A stretch of DNA of 64,000 nt from Pseudomonadota bacterium (GTDB lineage: Bacteria; Pseudomonadota; Alphaproteobacteria; UBA11222), in assembly GCA_049323435.1 (NCBI GenBank), contig JBMOMX010000020.1:53665-117664 (forward strand), read 5' to 3'. The stretch's first letter is position 1, and the number at the start of each line of letters is the position of its first letter. Position numbers and translations under genes: made by a program. Under the pieces are notes generated by a model. That model saw only the letters and a program-made list of their open reading frames with translations. It did no database searches and was not told the DNA's origin. Shown here piece after piece: positions 19,917 through 30,844 of this stretch.

Positions 19917-20312
19917 ATGTCACTGAAAATTCGTCTGGCCCGTTTTGGCACCAAGAAGCGCCCCTTTTACCGTATCGTGGTGGCTGACGCGCGCGCACCG
20001 CGCGATGGCCGCTTCATTGAAAAGCTGGGTTTTTTCAATCCGCTGCTGGCCAAGGATCATGCTGAGCGGTTGAAGCTGGAAGGCGAACGTATCAAGCATT
20101 GGCTGGGTGTCGGCGCATTGCCGACCGACCGGGTGGCGCGCATGCTGGGTGATGCCGGGCTGATCGCAAAACCGGAACGTGGCAATAATCCCGAACAGGG
20201 CAAGCCGAAAGCCAAGGCGCTGGAGCGTATCGCCCAGAAAGCCGAAGCTGCTAGCAAAGCCGCTGCGGCCGCCGCAGCGCCTGCAGAGGAAGCAGCCCCC
20301 GCCGAGGCCTAG
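19917..20312 (+). CDS. rpsP: 30S ribosomal protein S16
   Basis: [35 protein letters not shown]. Confidence 0.97.
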   Translation: MSLKIRLARFGTKKRPFYRIVVADARAPRDGRFIEKLGFFNPLLAKDHAERLKLEGERIKHWLGVGALPTDRVARMLGDAGLIAKPERGNNPEQGKPKAKALERIAQKAEAASKAAAAAAAPAEEAAPAEA

Positions 20313-20318
20313 AAAGCC

Positions 20319-20900
20319 TTGGCGCGCGCCGAAAGCCGGGTCTGTGTGGGCGCCATTATGGGGGCGCATGGGGTGCGTGGCGAGGTGCGTGTCAAATCTT
20401 TTACCCAACGGCCCCAGGATGTGGGCGCGTTCGGCCCGGTCGAGACAGAAGATGGCCAGCGGCGCTTTACACTGAAAGTCACCCGCAGTGTGAAAGAAGG
20501 GGTGGCTGCATCCTTGTCCGGTATTGCGGACCGCGATGCCGCGGAGGCGTTGAAAGGCCTGCGGCTCTATGTGGCCCGTTCGGCGCTGCCGGCGCTGCCC
20601 GCGGACGAGGATGAATATTATCTGGCGGATCTGATCGGTCTGGCGGTGCGATGGGCCGACGGGCCGCCGCAAGAGGGTGTAAAAGAGGGCAAAGTCGTCG
20701 CCGTGCATAATTTCGGCGCCGGGGATCTGGTTGAGGTGGAACTGGCCGGGGGTTCGGCCGCCAAACCGCAAACGCTGTTATTGCCGTTTGAGCGTCAGGT
20801 GGTGACGCAGGTGAATGTGGCAGAGGGCTTTATTACCGTGGTTTTGCCGCAGGAAGTGAGTGAGGAGGCCGGGGAGACTGAGGAGAAACAGAGGCCATGA
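20319..20900 (+). CDS. rimM: Ribosome maturation factor RimM
   Basis: [30 protein letters not shown]; synteny. Confidence 0.95.
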   Translation: MARAESRVCVGAIMGAHGVRGEVRVKSFTQRPQDVGAFGPVETEDGQRRFTLKVTRSVKEGVAASLSGIADRDAAEALKGLRLYVARSALPALPADEDEYYLADLIGLAVRWADGPPQEGVKEGKVVAVHNFGAGDLVEVELAGGSAAKPQTLLLPFERQVVTQVNVAEGFITVVLPQEVSEEAGETEEKQRP

Positions 20901-21619
20901 CCGCGAATGTGTGGACCGCCACCGTCCTGAGCCTGTTCCCGGACATGTTTCCGGGGCCGCTGGGGTTCTCTCTGGCAGGAAAAGCGCTGGAAGCGGGTAT
21001 TTGGCAGATGGAAGTGGTGGACTTTCGCACATTTGCGCGCGATAAACACCGCTCCGTGGATGACAGTCCTGCCGGTGGCGGGGCGGGCATGGTGTTGCGG
21101 CCCGATGTGCTGGGGGCGGCGATTGATGATCTTCGGGCGCGCGAACCGGCCCGGCGGCCGTTGATCTATCTCAGCCCGCGCGGTGCGCCGCTGACCCAGA
21201 AACGGGTGCAGGAACTGCGTTCGGGGCCGGGTGTGGCGCTGGTCTGCGGACGTTTTGAAGGTGTCGATGAGCGGCTGTTGCGCTCACGTGATATTGAAGA
21301 AGTCAGTCTGGGCGATTTCGTCCTGTCTGGCGGCGAGCCGGCGGCTCTGGCGCTGCTGGATGCGGTGGTGCGGTTATTGCCGGGTGTGGCGGGAAATCCC
21401 GATACATTCGCAGAAGAAAGTTTTGAGAAGGGGTTGCTGGAATATCCCCATTATACAAAGCCCGGCGAATGGGAAGGTATGGCAATACCGCCGGTGCTGT
21501 TATCCGGCAATCATGCGCAGATCAAGGCCTGGCGCAAGGCCAGGTCGGAAGAAATTACGCGGACGCGCCGCCCGGATTTATGGCGGCGTTACATCGCGGG
21601 AAACGAGGAGAGTGAGTGA
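20897..21619 (+). CDS. trmD: tRNA (guanine-N1)-methyltransferase
   Basis: [39 protein letters not shown]. Confidence 0.97.
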   Translation: MTANVWTATVLSLFPDMFPGPLGFSLAGKALEAGIWQMEVVDFRTFARDKHRSVDDSPAGGGAGMVLRPDVLGAAIDDLRAREPARRPLIYLSPRGAPLTQKRVQELRSGPGVALVCGRFEGVDERLLRSRDIEEVSLGDFVLSGGEPAALALLDAVVRLLPGVAGNPDTFAEESFEKGLLEYPHYTKPGEWEGMAIPPVLLSGNHAQIKAWRKARSEEITRTRRPDLWRRYIAGNEESE

Positions 21620-21990
21620 TGAATTTATTACAGGAACTGGAAGCCGAGCAGATTGCCAAACGTACCGAAGGAAAGACCATTCCCGATTTCGCCCCGGGCG
21701 ATACGTTGAAGGTCATGGTGCGGGTGGTGGAAGGCACGCGTGAGCGGTTGCAGCCGTTTGAAGGCGTGTGCATTGCCCGGTCCGGCGGCATGACGCTTAA
21801 TGCGAATTTCACCGTGCGCAAAATTTCCTATGGCGAAGGCGTGGAGCGTGTGTTCTCGCTTTATAGCCCGCTGGTCGATCAGGTGGTGGTGCTGCGCCGG
21901 GGCCTGGTGCGCCGCGCGAAACTGTATTATCTGCGCGGCCGCACCGGCAAATCTGCGCGCATTCTGGAAAAGAAAGTGGTTCGCAGTTAG
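21619..21990 (+). CDS. rplS: 50S ribosomal protein L19
   Basis: [30 protein letters not shown]. Confidence 0.97.
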   Translation: MNLLQELEAEQIAKRTEGKTIPDFAPGDTLKVMVRVVEGTRERLQPFEGVCIARSGGMTLNANFTVRKISYGEGVERVFSLYSPLVDQVVVLRRGLVRRAKLYYLRGRTGKSARILEKKVVRS

Positions 21991-22011
21991 TTCACGCTGG
22001 AGGAAAGTGCG

Positions 22012-23418
22012 ATGGCTGGCCCAAGCACGCTATATGATAAAATCTGGCAGGCGCATCTGGTTAGTCAGCAGGCGGATGGAACCTGCCTGATCTATATCGA
22101 CCGGCATCTGGTGCATGAAGTAACCAGCCCGCAGGCCTTTGAAGGCCTGCGCATGACGGGCCGCAAGGTGCGCCGTCCTGAAGCGACACTGGCCGTTGCC
22201 GATCACAATGTGCCGACCACAGACCGCGCCAAAGGCATTGAGGACGAAGAGTCCCGCATCCAGGTCGAGACGCTGGAGCAGAACTGCGCAGAATTTGGCG
22301 TTGAATATCTGCCCATGTCCGATATCCGCCAGGGCATTGTGCACATTGTTGGCCCCGAACAGGGCCTGACGCAACCCGGCCAGACCATTGTCTGCGGCGA
22401 CAGCCATACCGCCACGCATGGCGCATTTGGATCGCTGGCCTTCGGCATCGGCACGTCCGAGGTTGAACATGTGCTGGCGACCCAGACACTGATTCAGACA
22501 CCCGCAAAGAATATGCGCGTCACCGTGAATGGCAAACTTTCCGCCGGCTGCACCGCCAAGGATATTGTGCTGGCTATCATCGGCAAGATCGGTACGGCGG
22601 GCGGCAACGGCCATGTCATCGAGTTTGCCGGCGAAGCCATCCGTGCACTGAGCATGGAAGGCCGCATGACGGTGTGCAATATGACCATTGAGGCGGGCGC
22701 ACGCGCCGGCCTGATCGCGCCCGATGAAATCACATTTGAATATGTGAAGGGCAGGCCGCGCGCGCCCAAGGGCGGTCAGTGGGAACTGGCGGTCAATTAC
22801 TGGCGCACACTGGTCAGCGATGCGGGCGCGAAGTTTGACCGCGAAGTTACGCTGAACGCTGCCGATATTGCGCCGCAGGTGACCTGGGGCACCAGCCCGG
22901 AAGACGTGCTGCCCATCACCGGCAAGGTGCCCGATCCGGCGTCCGAACCCGATGCGGCGCGGCGCGCCTCCATGCTGCGCGCGCTCGACTATATGGGGCT
23001 GACGGCGGGAACGCCGCTGCAACAGGTGAAAATCGACCGGGTGTTTATCGGTTCCTGCACCAATGGCCGCATCGAGGATTTGCGCGCGGCCGCCAAAGTC
23101 GCCAAGGGCCGCAAGGTCGCATCCCATGTGGGTGCGATGGTGGTGCCGGGTTCCGGTCTGGTGAAAGAACAGGCCGAGCACGAAGGCCTTGACAAAATAT
23201 TCATCGAGGCCGGGTTTGAATGGCGCGAGCCGGGCTGTTCCATGTGCCTTGCCATGAACGCCGACAAGCTGGAGCCGTTTGAGCGCTGCGCCTCTACCTC
23301 CAACCGCAATTTCGAAGGCCGTCAGGGGCGCGGCGGGCGCACCCATCTGGTTAGCCCCGCTATGGCGGTCGCCGCCGCCGTGACCGGCCGTCTGACGGAT
23401 GTGCGGGATTTGGAGTAA
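22012..23418 (+). CDS. leuC: 3-isopropylmalate dehydratase large subunit
   Basis: [43 protein letters not shown]. Confidence 0.98.
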   Translation: MAGPSTLYDKIWQAHLVSQQADGTCLIYIDRHLVHEVTSPQAFEGLRMTGRKVRRPEATLAVADHNVPTTDRAKGIEDEESRIQVETLEQNCAEFGVEYLPMSDIRQGIVHIVGPEQGLTQPGQTIVCGDSHTATHGAFGSLAFGIGTSEVEHVLATQTLIQTPAKNMRVTVNGKLSAGCTAKDIVLAIIGKIGTAGGNGHVIEFAGEAIRALSMEGRMTVCNMTIEAGARAGLIAPDEITFEYVKGRPRAPKGGQWELAVNYWRTLVSDAGAKFDREVTLNAADIAPQVTWGTSPEDVLPITGKVPDPASEPDAARRASMLRALDYMGLTAGTPLQQVKIDRVFIGSCTNGRIEDLRAAAKVAKGRKVASHVGAMVVPGSGLVKEQAEHEGLDKIFIEAGFEWREPGCSMCLAMNADKLEPFERCASTSNRNFEGRQGRGGRTHLVSPAMAVAAAVTGRLTDVRDLE

Positions 23419-23424
23419 AAAATC

Positions 23425-23461
23425 CCCCTCCCCCTTGTGGGGAGGGGTTAGGGGTGGGGGT
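23425..23461 (+). repeat. 37-bp G/C-rich REP-like repeat, copy 1
   Basis: cccctcccccttgtggggaggggttaggggtgggggt, identical to 23879-23915. Confidence 0.9.
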
Positions 23462-23462
23462 G

Positions 23463-23801
23463 ATGGCAAACGAAAGGGCGCGCCGTCTTCGTTTGAACGC
23501 AACGGATGCCGAGAGAAAGCTTTGGCGTAAATTAAGAGAACTAAAGGCGGAAGGATTTCATTTCAGACGGCAGGCGCCCATCGGGGATTACATTGCTGAT
23601 TTTGTGTGTCACTCGGCAAACCTCGTGATTGAATGTGATGGAGGTCAGCATTCAATTGGGGCCGGTCCTCAGAAAGACGCGGTGCGAACCGAATGGCTAG
23701 AAAGTCAGGGGTATAGAGTTTTACGATTTTGGAATAATGATGTATTAGCGAATGTTGAGGGTGTGATGCAGGTTGTCAGGCGGGAAATTGGACTTGAGTG
23801 A
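23463..23801 (+). CDS. DUF559 (Vsr-like) endonuclease-domain protein
   Basis: ARRLR..TDAERKLW, FRRQAPIGDYIADF, IECDGGQH, D..RT.WL..GYRVLRFWN. Confidence 0.9.
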   Translation: MANERARRLRLNATDAERKLWRKLRELKAEGFHFRRQAPIGDYIADFVCHSANLVIECDGGQHSIGAGPQKDAVRTEWLESQGYRVLRFWNNDVLANVEGVMQVVRREIGLE

Positions 23802-23816
23802 GTCATATGCCTAGGC

Positions 23817-23915
23817 ACCCCACCCCCACCCCTCCCCATAAAGGGGAGGGGCTTGGCTCAGAGTTGCGCCGCACGCTTCCCCTCCCCCTTGTGGGGAGGG
23901 GTTAGGGGTGGGGGT
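23817..23915. repeat. REP-like doublet: diverged inverted copy (23817-23851) plus exact direct copy (23879-23915)
   Basis: Direct comparison with 23425-23461. Confidence 0.88.
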
Positions 23916-23936
23916 AATGCGTAAGGAATAAATTTG

Positions 23937-24542
23937 ATGCAGAAATTTGACAAACTGACCGGCGTTGCGGCCCCCCTGCCGCAGATCAATGTCGATACCG
24001 ACATGATCATTCCCAAGCAGTTTTTGAAAACCATCAAGCGTTCGGGCCTCGGCAAGAACCTGTTCGATGAAATGCGCTATATGCCGGATGGCAAGGAAAA
24101 GCCGGATTTTGTGCTGAACAGGCCTGCTTACCGCAATGCGCAAATTCTGGTGACTGGCGAGAATTTCGGCTGCGGATCAAGCCGCGAACATGCGCCCTGG
24201 GCGTTGCTGGATTTCGGCATCCGCTGCATTATCGCCACCAGCTTTGCCGATATTTTTTATAATAATTGTTTCAAGAACGGCATCCTGCCGGTCATATTGC
24301 CGCAGGCCGATGTGGACAAATTGATGGCCGATGCCGAACGCGGCGCCAATGCCATTATCAGCATTGATCTTGCGTCACAGGAAATTCGCGGCCCCGATGG
24401 CGGCGTGGTGAAATTTGAAATTGATCCGTACAGAAAGCAATGTCTGATGGAAGGTCTTGACGATATCGGCCTGACCTTGAAGCAGGAAGCCAGCATCGGT
24501 CAGTTCGAGCAGAAACGCGCCGCGCAGCAGCCCTGGCTTTAG
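23937..24542 (+). CDS. leuD: 3-isopropylmalate dehydratase small subunit
   Basis: [28 protein letters not shown]. Confidence 0.98.
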   Translation: MQKFDKLTGVAAPLPQINVDTDMIIPKQFLKTIKRSGLGKNLFDEMRYMPDGKEKPDFVLNRPAYRNAQILVTGENFGCGSSREHAPWALLDFGIRCIIATSFADIFYNNCFKNGILPVILPQADVDKLMADAERGANAIISIDLASQEIRGPDGGVVKFEIDPYRKQCLMEGLDDIGLTLKQEASIGQFEQKRAAQQPWL

Positions 24543-24556
24543 AAAGACCCCGCATT

Positions 24557-25669
24557 ATGTCCAGCAACAGATCCATGTTGATTCTGCCCGGCGATGGCAT
24601 CGGCCCCGAGGTCATGCGCGAAGTGCGCCGTGTGATCGACTGGTTCGGCAAGCGCCGCTCGATCAGTTTTGATATTGACGAAGACATTGTCGGCGGCGCA
24701 TCGATTGACGCGCACAAAACGCCGCTGACCGACAAGGCGCTGGAAAAGGCGATGAAGGCCGATGCGGTGCTGTTTGGTTCTGTCGGCGGCCCGAAATGGG
24801 ACAATCTGGGCTTTGACATGCGGCCCGAGGGCGGCCTGCTGACGTTGCGCAAGGAGCTGGAGCTGTTCGCCAATCTGCGCCCGGCCATCTGTTTTCCAGC
24901 ACTTGCCGGGGCGTCGTCGCTGAAGCCGGAACTGGTGACGGGGCTGGATATTCTGATTGTGCGCGAACTGACCGGCGGGGTTTATTTCGGCGAACCGCGC
25001 GGCATTGAGACGCTGCCCAATGGCGAGCGGCGCGGCGTCAATACGCAGGTGTACACGACATCGGAAATTCACCGTGTCGCGCGGGTGGCGTTTGAACTGG
25101 CGCGCAAACGGCGCAATCTGGTGCATTCGTCGGAAAAAGCCAATGTGATGGAATCCGGCCTGTTATGGCGCGAGGAAGTGACCAAACTTCATGGCGCGGA
25201 ATTTAGCGATGTTAAATTACAGCATATTCTGGCCGATAATTGCGCCATGCAATTGGTGCGCGAGCCCAAACAGTTTGACGTGATTGTCACCGACAATCTG
25301 TTTGGCGACCTATTGTCGGATGTGGCGGCGATGCTCACGGGCTCGCTTGGCATGTTGCCGTCCGCCTCTCTGGGCGCGAAAGACGCCAGCGGGCGTTCCA
25401 AGGCGCTGTATGAGCCGGTGCACGGTTCGGCCCCGGATATTGCCGGCAAGGGGCTGGCCAATCCCATCGCCACGGTGCTGAGCTTTGGCATGGCGCTGCG
25501 TTATTCCTTCGATCTGCCGGATGACGCCGATCTGATTGATAGAGCTGTGGAAAATGTGCTGGCGGGCGGGTTGCGCACGGCCGATATCATGCAGCCCGGC
25601 ATGGCCAAGGTATCAACAGGCGTGATGGGCGACGCGATTGTGCGCGAACTCGACAAACTCACCACTTGA
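24557..25669 (+). CDS. leuB: 3-isopropylmalate dehydrogenase
   Basis: [40 protein letters not shown]. Confidence 0.98.
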   Translation: MSSNRSMLILPGDGIGPEVMREVRRVIDWFGKRRSISFDIDEDIVGGASIDAHKTPLTDKALEKAMKADAVLFGSVGGPKWDNLGFDMRPEGGLLTLRKELELFANLRPAICFPALAGASSLKPELVTGLDILIVRELTGGVYFGEPRGIETLPNGERRGVNTQVYTTSEIHRVARVAFELARKRRNLVHSSEKANVMESGLLWREEVTKLHGAEFSDVKLQHILADNCAMQLVREPKQFDVIVTDNLFGDLLSDVAAMLTGSLGMLPSASLGAKDASGRSKALYEPVHGSAPDIAGKGLANPIATVLSFGMALRYSFDLPDDADLIDRAVENVLAGGLRTADIMQPGMAKVSTGVMGDAIVRELDKLTT

Positions 25670-25721
25670 ATTTTAACCGCCGGGGGTTTACATGCGCCCG
25701 GTATTAACGGGAGCATAAACC

Positions 25722-26744
25722 ATGGGCTATAAAGTAGCGGTTGTAGGCGCCACCGGCATGGTGGGGCGTGAAATGCTGAATATCCTGGCGGAACGCCAGT
25801 TTCCCGCCTCCGAGGTGGTGGCGCTGGCGTCCCGGCGCAGCATTGGCAAGGAAGTCAGCTATGGCTCCCGTACGCTGAAAACCCAGGCGCTGGAAAATTT
25901 CGATTTCAAGGGCACGGACATTGCGCTGTTTTCCGCGGGAGGTTCCGTGTCGGCGGAATGGGCCCCCAAAGTGGTGGCGGCGGGCGCGGTGGTGATTGAT
26001 AATTCCAGCCATTTCCGGATGCATTCCGACGTGCCGCTGATTGTGCCCGAGGTCAATGCGGCGGCGCTGTCCGGATATACCAAGCGCGGCATTATCGCCA
26101 ATCCGAACTGTTCCACCGCGCAACTGGTGGTGGCGCTGAAGCCGCTGCATGATGTGGCGAAAATCAGGCGCGTGGTGGTGTCCACCTATCAATCGGTGTC
26201 GGGCGCCGGTAATCAGGGGGCGGATGAACTGTTTCATCAGACCCGCGCCGTATTTGTGTCCGATCCGATCGAAAAAAAGAAATTCACCAAACAGATCGCG
26301 TTCAACCTGATCCCCCATATCGACAGCTTTATGGAAGATGGGTACACGAAAGAAGAATGGAAGATGATGGCCGAGACCAAGAAAATGCTCGATCCCGCCA
26401 TTAGTCTGACGGCTACCTGTGTAAGGGTGCCGGTATTTGTCGGCCATTCCGAAGCGGTGAATATCGAATTTGAACGCCCGATCAGCGCGGATGAAGCGCG
26501 CGATATTCTGCGCGAGGCGCCCGGCTGCATGGTGATCGACAAGCGCGAAGATGGCGGCTATATCACCCCCGTGGAATGTGTTGGCGAATTCGCCACCTAT
26601 ATTTCGCGCATCCGCGAAGACGCAACGGTGGAAAACGGCCTCAATATGTGGGTGGTGTCGGACAATCTGCGCAAGGGCGCGGCGCTCAACGCCGTGCAGA
26701 TTGCGGAAATTCTGATCGCCCGGTATCTGAAAAGCGCGGCGTAA
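25722..26744 (+). CDS. asd: Aspartate-semialdehyde dehydrogenase
   Basis: VVGATGMVG, IIANPNCST, TYQSVSGAG, DNLRKGAA. Confidence 0.98.
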   Translation: MGYKVAVVGATGMVGREMLNILAERQFPASEVVALASRRSIGKEVSYGSRTLKTQALENFDFKGTDIALFSAGGSVSAEWAPKVVAAGAVVIDNSSHFRMHSDVPLIVPEVNAAALSGYTKRGIIANPNCSTAQLVVALKPLHDVAKIRRVVVSTYQSVSGAGNQGADELFHQTRAVFVSDPIEKKKFTKQIAFNLIPHIDSFMEDGYTKEEWKMMAETKKMLDPAISLTATCVRVPVFVGHSEAVNIEFERPISADEARDILREAPGCMVIDKREDGGYITPVECVGEFATYISRIREDATVENGLNMWVVSDNLRKGAALNAVQIAEILIARYLKSAA

Positions 26745-26771
26745 CAGGCAGCGCGGAAGGAATCAAAAATT

Positions 26772-26996
26772 ATGGCACGCGGTACAGAACGCGATATTGA
26801 TAAAAACTATCCGCTGCCGGATTTTATCGCCAAGCTGCGCCGCCTTGCAGACGCGCTTGAAACCGGCGAAAAATTCGAAATCCAGATCGCGGGCAAGCGC
26901 ATTTATGTGCCTGTCCGCGCCGTCTTTTCCATCGAGCATGAAAAAAGCGGCGGCGAAGAAGAGATCGAGTTTCAGATCAAATGGTCTGACACATAA
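26772..26996 (+). CDS. Amphi-Trp domain protein
   Basis: FIAKLRRLADALE amphipathic helix; terminal EIEFQIKW. Confidence 0.8.
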   Translation: MARGTERDIDKNYPLPDFIAKLRRLADALETGEKFEIQIAGKRIYVPVRAVFSIEHEKSGGEEEIEFQIKWSDT

Positions 26997-26999
26997 GCA

Positions 27000-27061
27000 T
27001 TAGCGCGGCAGCAGCGGCTCGCCCATCAGATATTCATCCACGGCGCGCGCCGCCTGGCGGC
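27000..27061 (-). repeat. Orphan duplicate of the last 62 bp of gltD (direct repeat with 29399-29460)
   Basis: Encodes [19 protein letters not shown] versus glt[20 protein letters not shown]; 53/62 identical by hand count. Confidence 0.93.
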
Positions 27062-27175
27062 ATTTAACGCTTTATAAACCACATATAGTTACAAATATTA
27101 CGGCTTTTCCGTGCTGGACAGAGTGACTGGCTGCATGGGGCGGCGGTTTTGTTGCGTTTTGCGGTGGGGTTTGTA

Positions 27176-29338
27176 ATGGGCAATGCATTTGGTTCGAATG
27201 AGCTTTGGGTCATTGTCAGCACCATTTTGGTTATTTCCATGCAGGCGGGCTTCTGCTGCCTTGAAAGCGGTTTAGTCCGGGCCAAGAACTCCATCAATGT
27301 CGCCATCAAGAATGTCATAGATTTTTGTGTCGCCAGCCTGCTGTTCTGGATGTTTGGCTTTGGCCTGATGTTCGGTCTCTCGGCAGGGGGCTGGGTCGGG
27401 GTTACAGACTTCCTGGTTGATCCGATGGCGGCGAATGGTTCAGATACCCTGAACCCGGCGATATTTTTCTTTTTCCAACTGGCGTTTTGCGGCACTGCGG
27501 TGACGATTGTTTCCGGGGCCGTCGCTGAGCGCATGAAATTCAGTGGCTATCTGATTACTTCCGTGCTTGTTTCCGGGCTGGTCTATCCGGTATTCGGGCA
27601 TTGGGCATGGGGCGGCGCGCTTAATCCCGATACGCCGGGCTGGCTGCAGGGCATCGGTTTTGTTGATTTTGCCGGATCGACCGTCGTCCACTCCATTGGT
27701 GGCTGGATATCGCTGGCTGCGGTTCTGGTGCTTGGCCCGCGCCTTGGCCGCTTTGGACCCCAGGGCCGCCCGATTGAAGGGCACGATGTGCCGCTGGCGG
27801 CGCTGGGGCTGTTTCTGTTGTGGATCGGATGGTTTGGTTTCAATGGCGGCAGTGTGCTGGCCCTGAACTGGATGGTTCCGCATATTCTGGTCAACACGCT
27901 GCTGGCGGCTGCGGCCGGCGGCATAACCACACTTGCTATTAGCTGGCATCTCAAGTCGATGCCGGATGCGATCCAGATGATGTGCGGCATCCTGGCGGGA
28001 CTGGTTGCCATTACGGCGGGCTGCCACGCGGTGTCCGCTGCTGAATCCGTCATTATCGGCGGAATTGGCGGCGTTGTTTATCTTGCCGTGTCGAACCTGC
28101 TGATACGCCTGCAGATCGATGATGCGGTGGATGCGGTGCCGGTGCATCTCGCTGCCGGCGTCTGGGGAACGATTGCTGTCGCTTTGTTCGGCGACCCGGA
28201 AATTCTGAATACGGGCTTGACCTTCTGGGGGCAGCTACAGGCGCAATTGGCGGGCGTTGCGATGGCCGGGCTTTTTGCCTTCGGGCTTGGCTATATTGCC
28301 CTGAAGGGTGCAAATTCCTTCACAAAATTACGGGTGAGCAATGCAGACGAACGGCGTGGTCTCAATATTGCCGAACATGGTGCGGGCAGTGCATTATTGC
28401 AGGTGCTGGACACCATGGAACAGCAGCGCCAGACAGGCGATTTTTCCCGCTCGGTGCCGGTGGAGCCAAATACCGAAGGCGGCGAAATCGCCAAACATTA
28501 TAATGGCGTGCTAAAGCGGTTTCGTGCAGAAGTCGCCTCGCGTGAGCGGGCGTTGATCAATTTGCGCCAGGCAAAACAGGAAGCTGAATTCGCCAATGCG
28601 TCCAAGTCCCAGTTCCTGGCGAATATGAGCCATGAATTGCGTACACCGCTCAATGCCATTATCGGATTCTCGGAAATCATGAATGAAGGGATGTTTGGCG
28701 CGCTGGAAAACGATCAGTATAAAGAATATGTGAATGATATTCACAATTCCGGACAGCATCTTCTTGGAATTATCAACGACATTCTCGACTTGTCCAAGAT
28801 AGACGCAAACAAGCGGGATCTGGAAGATTCCGAAGTCAATCTGCAAGAAAGCATAGAAGGCACCTTGCGGATGGTGCGCACAAAGGCGCAGGACGCAGGC
28901 ATTTCGCTGACCTGTCATATTCCCCAGGATATTCCCGATATCCTTGGCGACCGGAAGGCCGTTCGCCAAATACTTATCAATTTGGTCTCAAATGCGCTCA
29001 AATTTACCCCTGCAGGCGGCAGCGTTAGCGTAACCGCACAAATTGAGGCAGACGGACGAATTGCAGTTAGTGTCGCCGACACCGGAATTGGAATTGCCAA
29101 GGAAAATATTTCCAGGGTGCTTGAGCCGTTCAATCAGGTCACGGCGGACAACACCAGCATTGCCTACACGTCCGAGGGCACGGGCCTTGGCCTGCCACTC
29201 GTCGTCGCGTTAACGCGGCTGCATGGCGGAACATTTGTTCTTGATAGCGAGTTGGACAAGGGCACAAATGCAACCGTGCGCTTTCCCGCCGCGCGCGTTT
29301 TGCGCAACAATGAAAATGCTGTTGCCGCCGTTGCCTAG
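27176..29338 (+). CDS. Ammonium transporter (Amt) domain fused to a histidine kinase
   Basis: MQAGF..LESG, FQLAF, DFAGSTVVH, WFGFNGGS, IDDAVDAVPVH; HisKA FLANMSHELRTPLNAIIGFSE; N box NLVSNALKFT, DTGIG, GTGLGL. Confidence 0.95.
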   Translation: MGNAFGSNELWVIVSTILVISMQAGFCCLESGLVRAKNSINVAIKNVIDFCVASLLFWMFGFGLMFGLSAGGWVGVTDFLVDPMAANGSDTLNPAIFFFFQLAFCGTAVTIVSGAVAERMKFSGYLITSVLVSGLVYPVFGHWAWGGALNPDTPGWLQGIGFVDFAGSTVVHSIGGWISLAAVLVLGPRLGRFGPQGRPIEGHDVPLAALGLFLLWIGWFGFNGGSVLALNWMVPHILVNTLLAAAAGGITTLAISWHLKSMPDAIQMMCGILAGLVAITAGCHAVSAAESVIIGGIGGVVYLAVSNLLIRLQIDDAVDAVPVHLAAGVWGTIAVALFGDPEILNTGLTFWGQLQAQLAGVAMAGLFAFGLGYIALKGANSFTKLRVSNADERRGLNIAEHGAGSALLQVLDTMEQQRQTGDFSRSVPVEPNTEGGEIAKHYNGVLKRFRAEVASRERALINLRQAKQEAEFANASKSQFLANMSHELRTPLNAIIGFSEIMNEGMFGALENDQYKEYVNDIHNSGQHLLGIINDILDLSKIDANKRDLEDSEVNLQESIEGTLRMVRTKAQDAGISLTCHIPQDIPDILGDRKAVRQILINLVSNALKFTPAGGSVSVTAQIEADGRIAVSVADTGIGIAKENISRVLEPFNQVTADNTSIAYTSEGTGLGLPLVVALTRLHGGTFVLDSELDKGTNATVRFPAARVLRNNENAVAAVA

Positions 29339-29353
29339 ACTCTATTTTACGGA

Positions 29354-29386
29354 TCAGATGGATTAGCCGGAGGCGATTCCATCTGA
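29354..29386. terminator. Hairpin between convergent amt-HK and gltD
   Basis: tcagatgga...tccatctga arms. Confidence 0.45.
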
Positions 29387-29398
29387 CCGGAATAGTGT

Positions 29399-30817
29399 CT
29401 ATCGCGGCAACAGGCTTTCACCCATCAGATATTCGTCCACGGCGCGCGCCGCCTGGCGGCCTTCGCGGATCGCCCACACGACCAGCGACTGGCCGCGGCG
29501 CATGTCGCCTGCGGAAAATAATTTGTCAATGGAAGTCTTGTAATTGATCATGCTGGCTTTCACATTGCCGCGCGGGTCCAGCGCCACGCCAAGTTCCTTC
29601 AGCATGCCGTCATGCACCGGATGCATGAAGCCCATGGCCAGCAAAACCAGATCGGCGGGCAGTGAAAACTCCGTATCCGGAATTTCTTTCAGCTTTTCAT
29701 CCAGCCGGATGCAATCAATCTGCGTCACCTTGCCGTCCTTGCCGGTGATTTTTTTGGTTGCGACACTCCAGTCGCGCGTGCAGCCTTCGGCCTGACTGCT
29801 TGAGGTGCGCATCTTGTTGGGCCAGTTGGGCCATGTCACCGGCTTGTTTTCCTTTACGGGCGGCTTCGGCATGATTTCGAGCTGGGTAACGGATGCAGCG
29901 CCCTGACGCAGCGACGTGCCGATACAGTCGGATCCGGTATCGCCGCCGCCAATCACGATGACATTTTTGCCTTTGGCGCTGATTTCCGGCAGCGGCCATA
30001 CCGCCTCACGCCCCACGCGGCGGTTTTGCTGCGGCAGGAAATGCATGGCGTAATGCACGCCGTCCAGTTCACGTCCCGGCACTTCCAGATTGCGCGCAAA
30101 TTCCGCTCCGCCGGTCAGCACCACGGCGTCATAGTCTTTCAGCAATTGCCGGGCGGGCACATCGACGCCCACTTCGGTATTATGACGGAAGGTTACGCCC
30201 TCGGCCTGCATCTGCGAAATACGCCGGTCGATCAGATGTTTTTCCATCTTGAAATCGGGAATGCCATAGCGCAGCAATCCGCCAATACGGGCATTCTTCT
30301 CGAACAGGGTCACATCATGTCCTGCGCGCGCCAGTTGCTGCGCACACGCCATGCCGGCGGGGCCGGAACCGACCACCGCCACGCGCTTGCCCGTGCGCCG
30401 TTCTGGAATTTCCGGCACGATCCAGCCTTCTTCCCAGCCCTTGTCGATAATGGCGCATTCAATGCTTTTGATTGCAACCGGCGCGTCGTCAATGTTCAGC
30501 GTGCACGACGCCTCGCAGGGCGCGGGGCAGATGCGGCCGGTAAATTCCGGAAAATTATTGGTGGAATGCAACACTTCCAGCGCCTCGCGCCAGCGCTGGC
30601 GATAGACCAGATCATTCCAGTCCGGAATGATATTGTTCACCGGGCAGCCATTGTGACAATAAGGAATGCCGCAATCCATACAGCGCGCCCCCTGGCGCAC
30701 CAGTTCGGGCTCATCAAGCGGAATGACAAATTCCCTGAAATCTTTCAGCCGTTCCTCAACCGCCTTGTAGGGGCGCTCCTGCCGTTCGAATTCCTTGAAG
30801 CCGGTGACTTTACCCAT
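29399..30817 (-). CDS. gltD: Glutamate synthase small subunit
   Basis: [39 protein letters not shown]. Confidence 0.97.
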   Translation of the reverse strand: MGKVTGFKEFERQERPYKAVEERLKDFREFVIPLDEPELVRQGARCMDCGIPYCHNGCPVNNIIPDWNDLVYRQRWREALEVLHSTNNFPEFTGRICPAPCEASCTLNIDDAPVAIKSIECAIIDKGWEEGWIVPEIPERRTGKRVAVVGSGPAGMACAQQLARAGHDVTLFEKNARIGGLLRYGIPDFKMEKHLIDRRISQMQAEGVTFRHNTEVGVDVPARQLLKDYDAVVLTGGAEFARNLEVPGRELDGVHYAMHFLPQQNRRVGREAVWPLPEISAKGKNVIVIGGGDTGSDCIGTSLRQGAASVTQLEIMPKPPVKENKPVTWPNWPNKMRTSSSQAEGCTRDWSVATKKITGKDGKVTQIDCIRLDEKLKEIPDTEFSLPADLVLLAMGFMHPVHDGMLKELGVALDPRGNVKASMINYKTSIDKLFSAGDMRRGQSLVVWAIREGRQAARAVDEYLMGESLLPR

Positions 30818-30844
30818 GCGAAATATCCATCATTTCAAATTCAA

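Noticed and set aside
22030-23502. 490-aa minus-strand ORF
   Set aside because: Antisense shadow of leuC; no recognisable motifs, typical of high-GC codon bias
23425-23915. Possible CRISPR array (37-bp repeats)
   Set aside because: Only three copies, one inverted, irregular spacing with a gene between them, no cas genes
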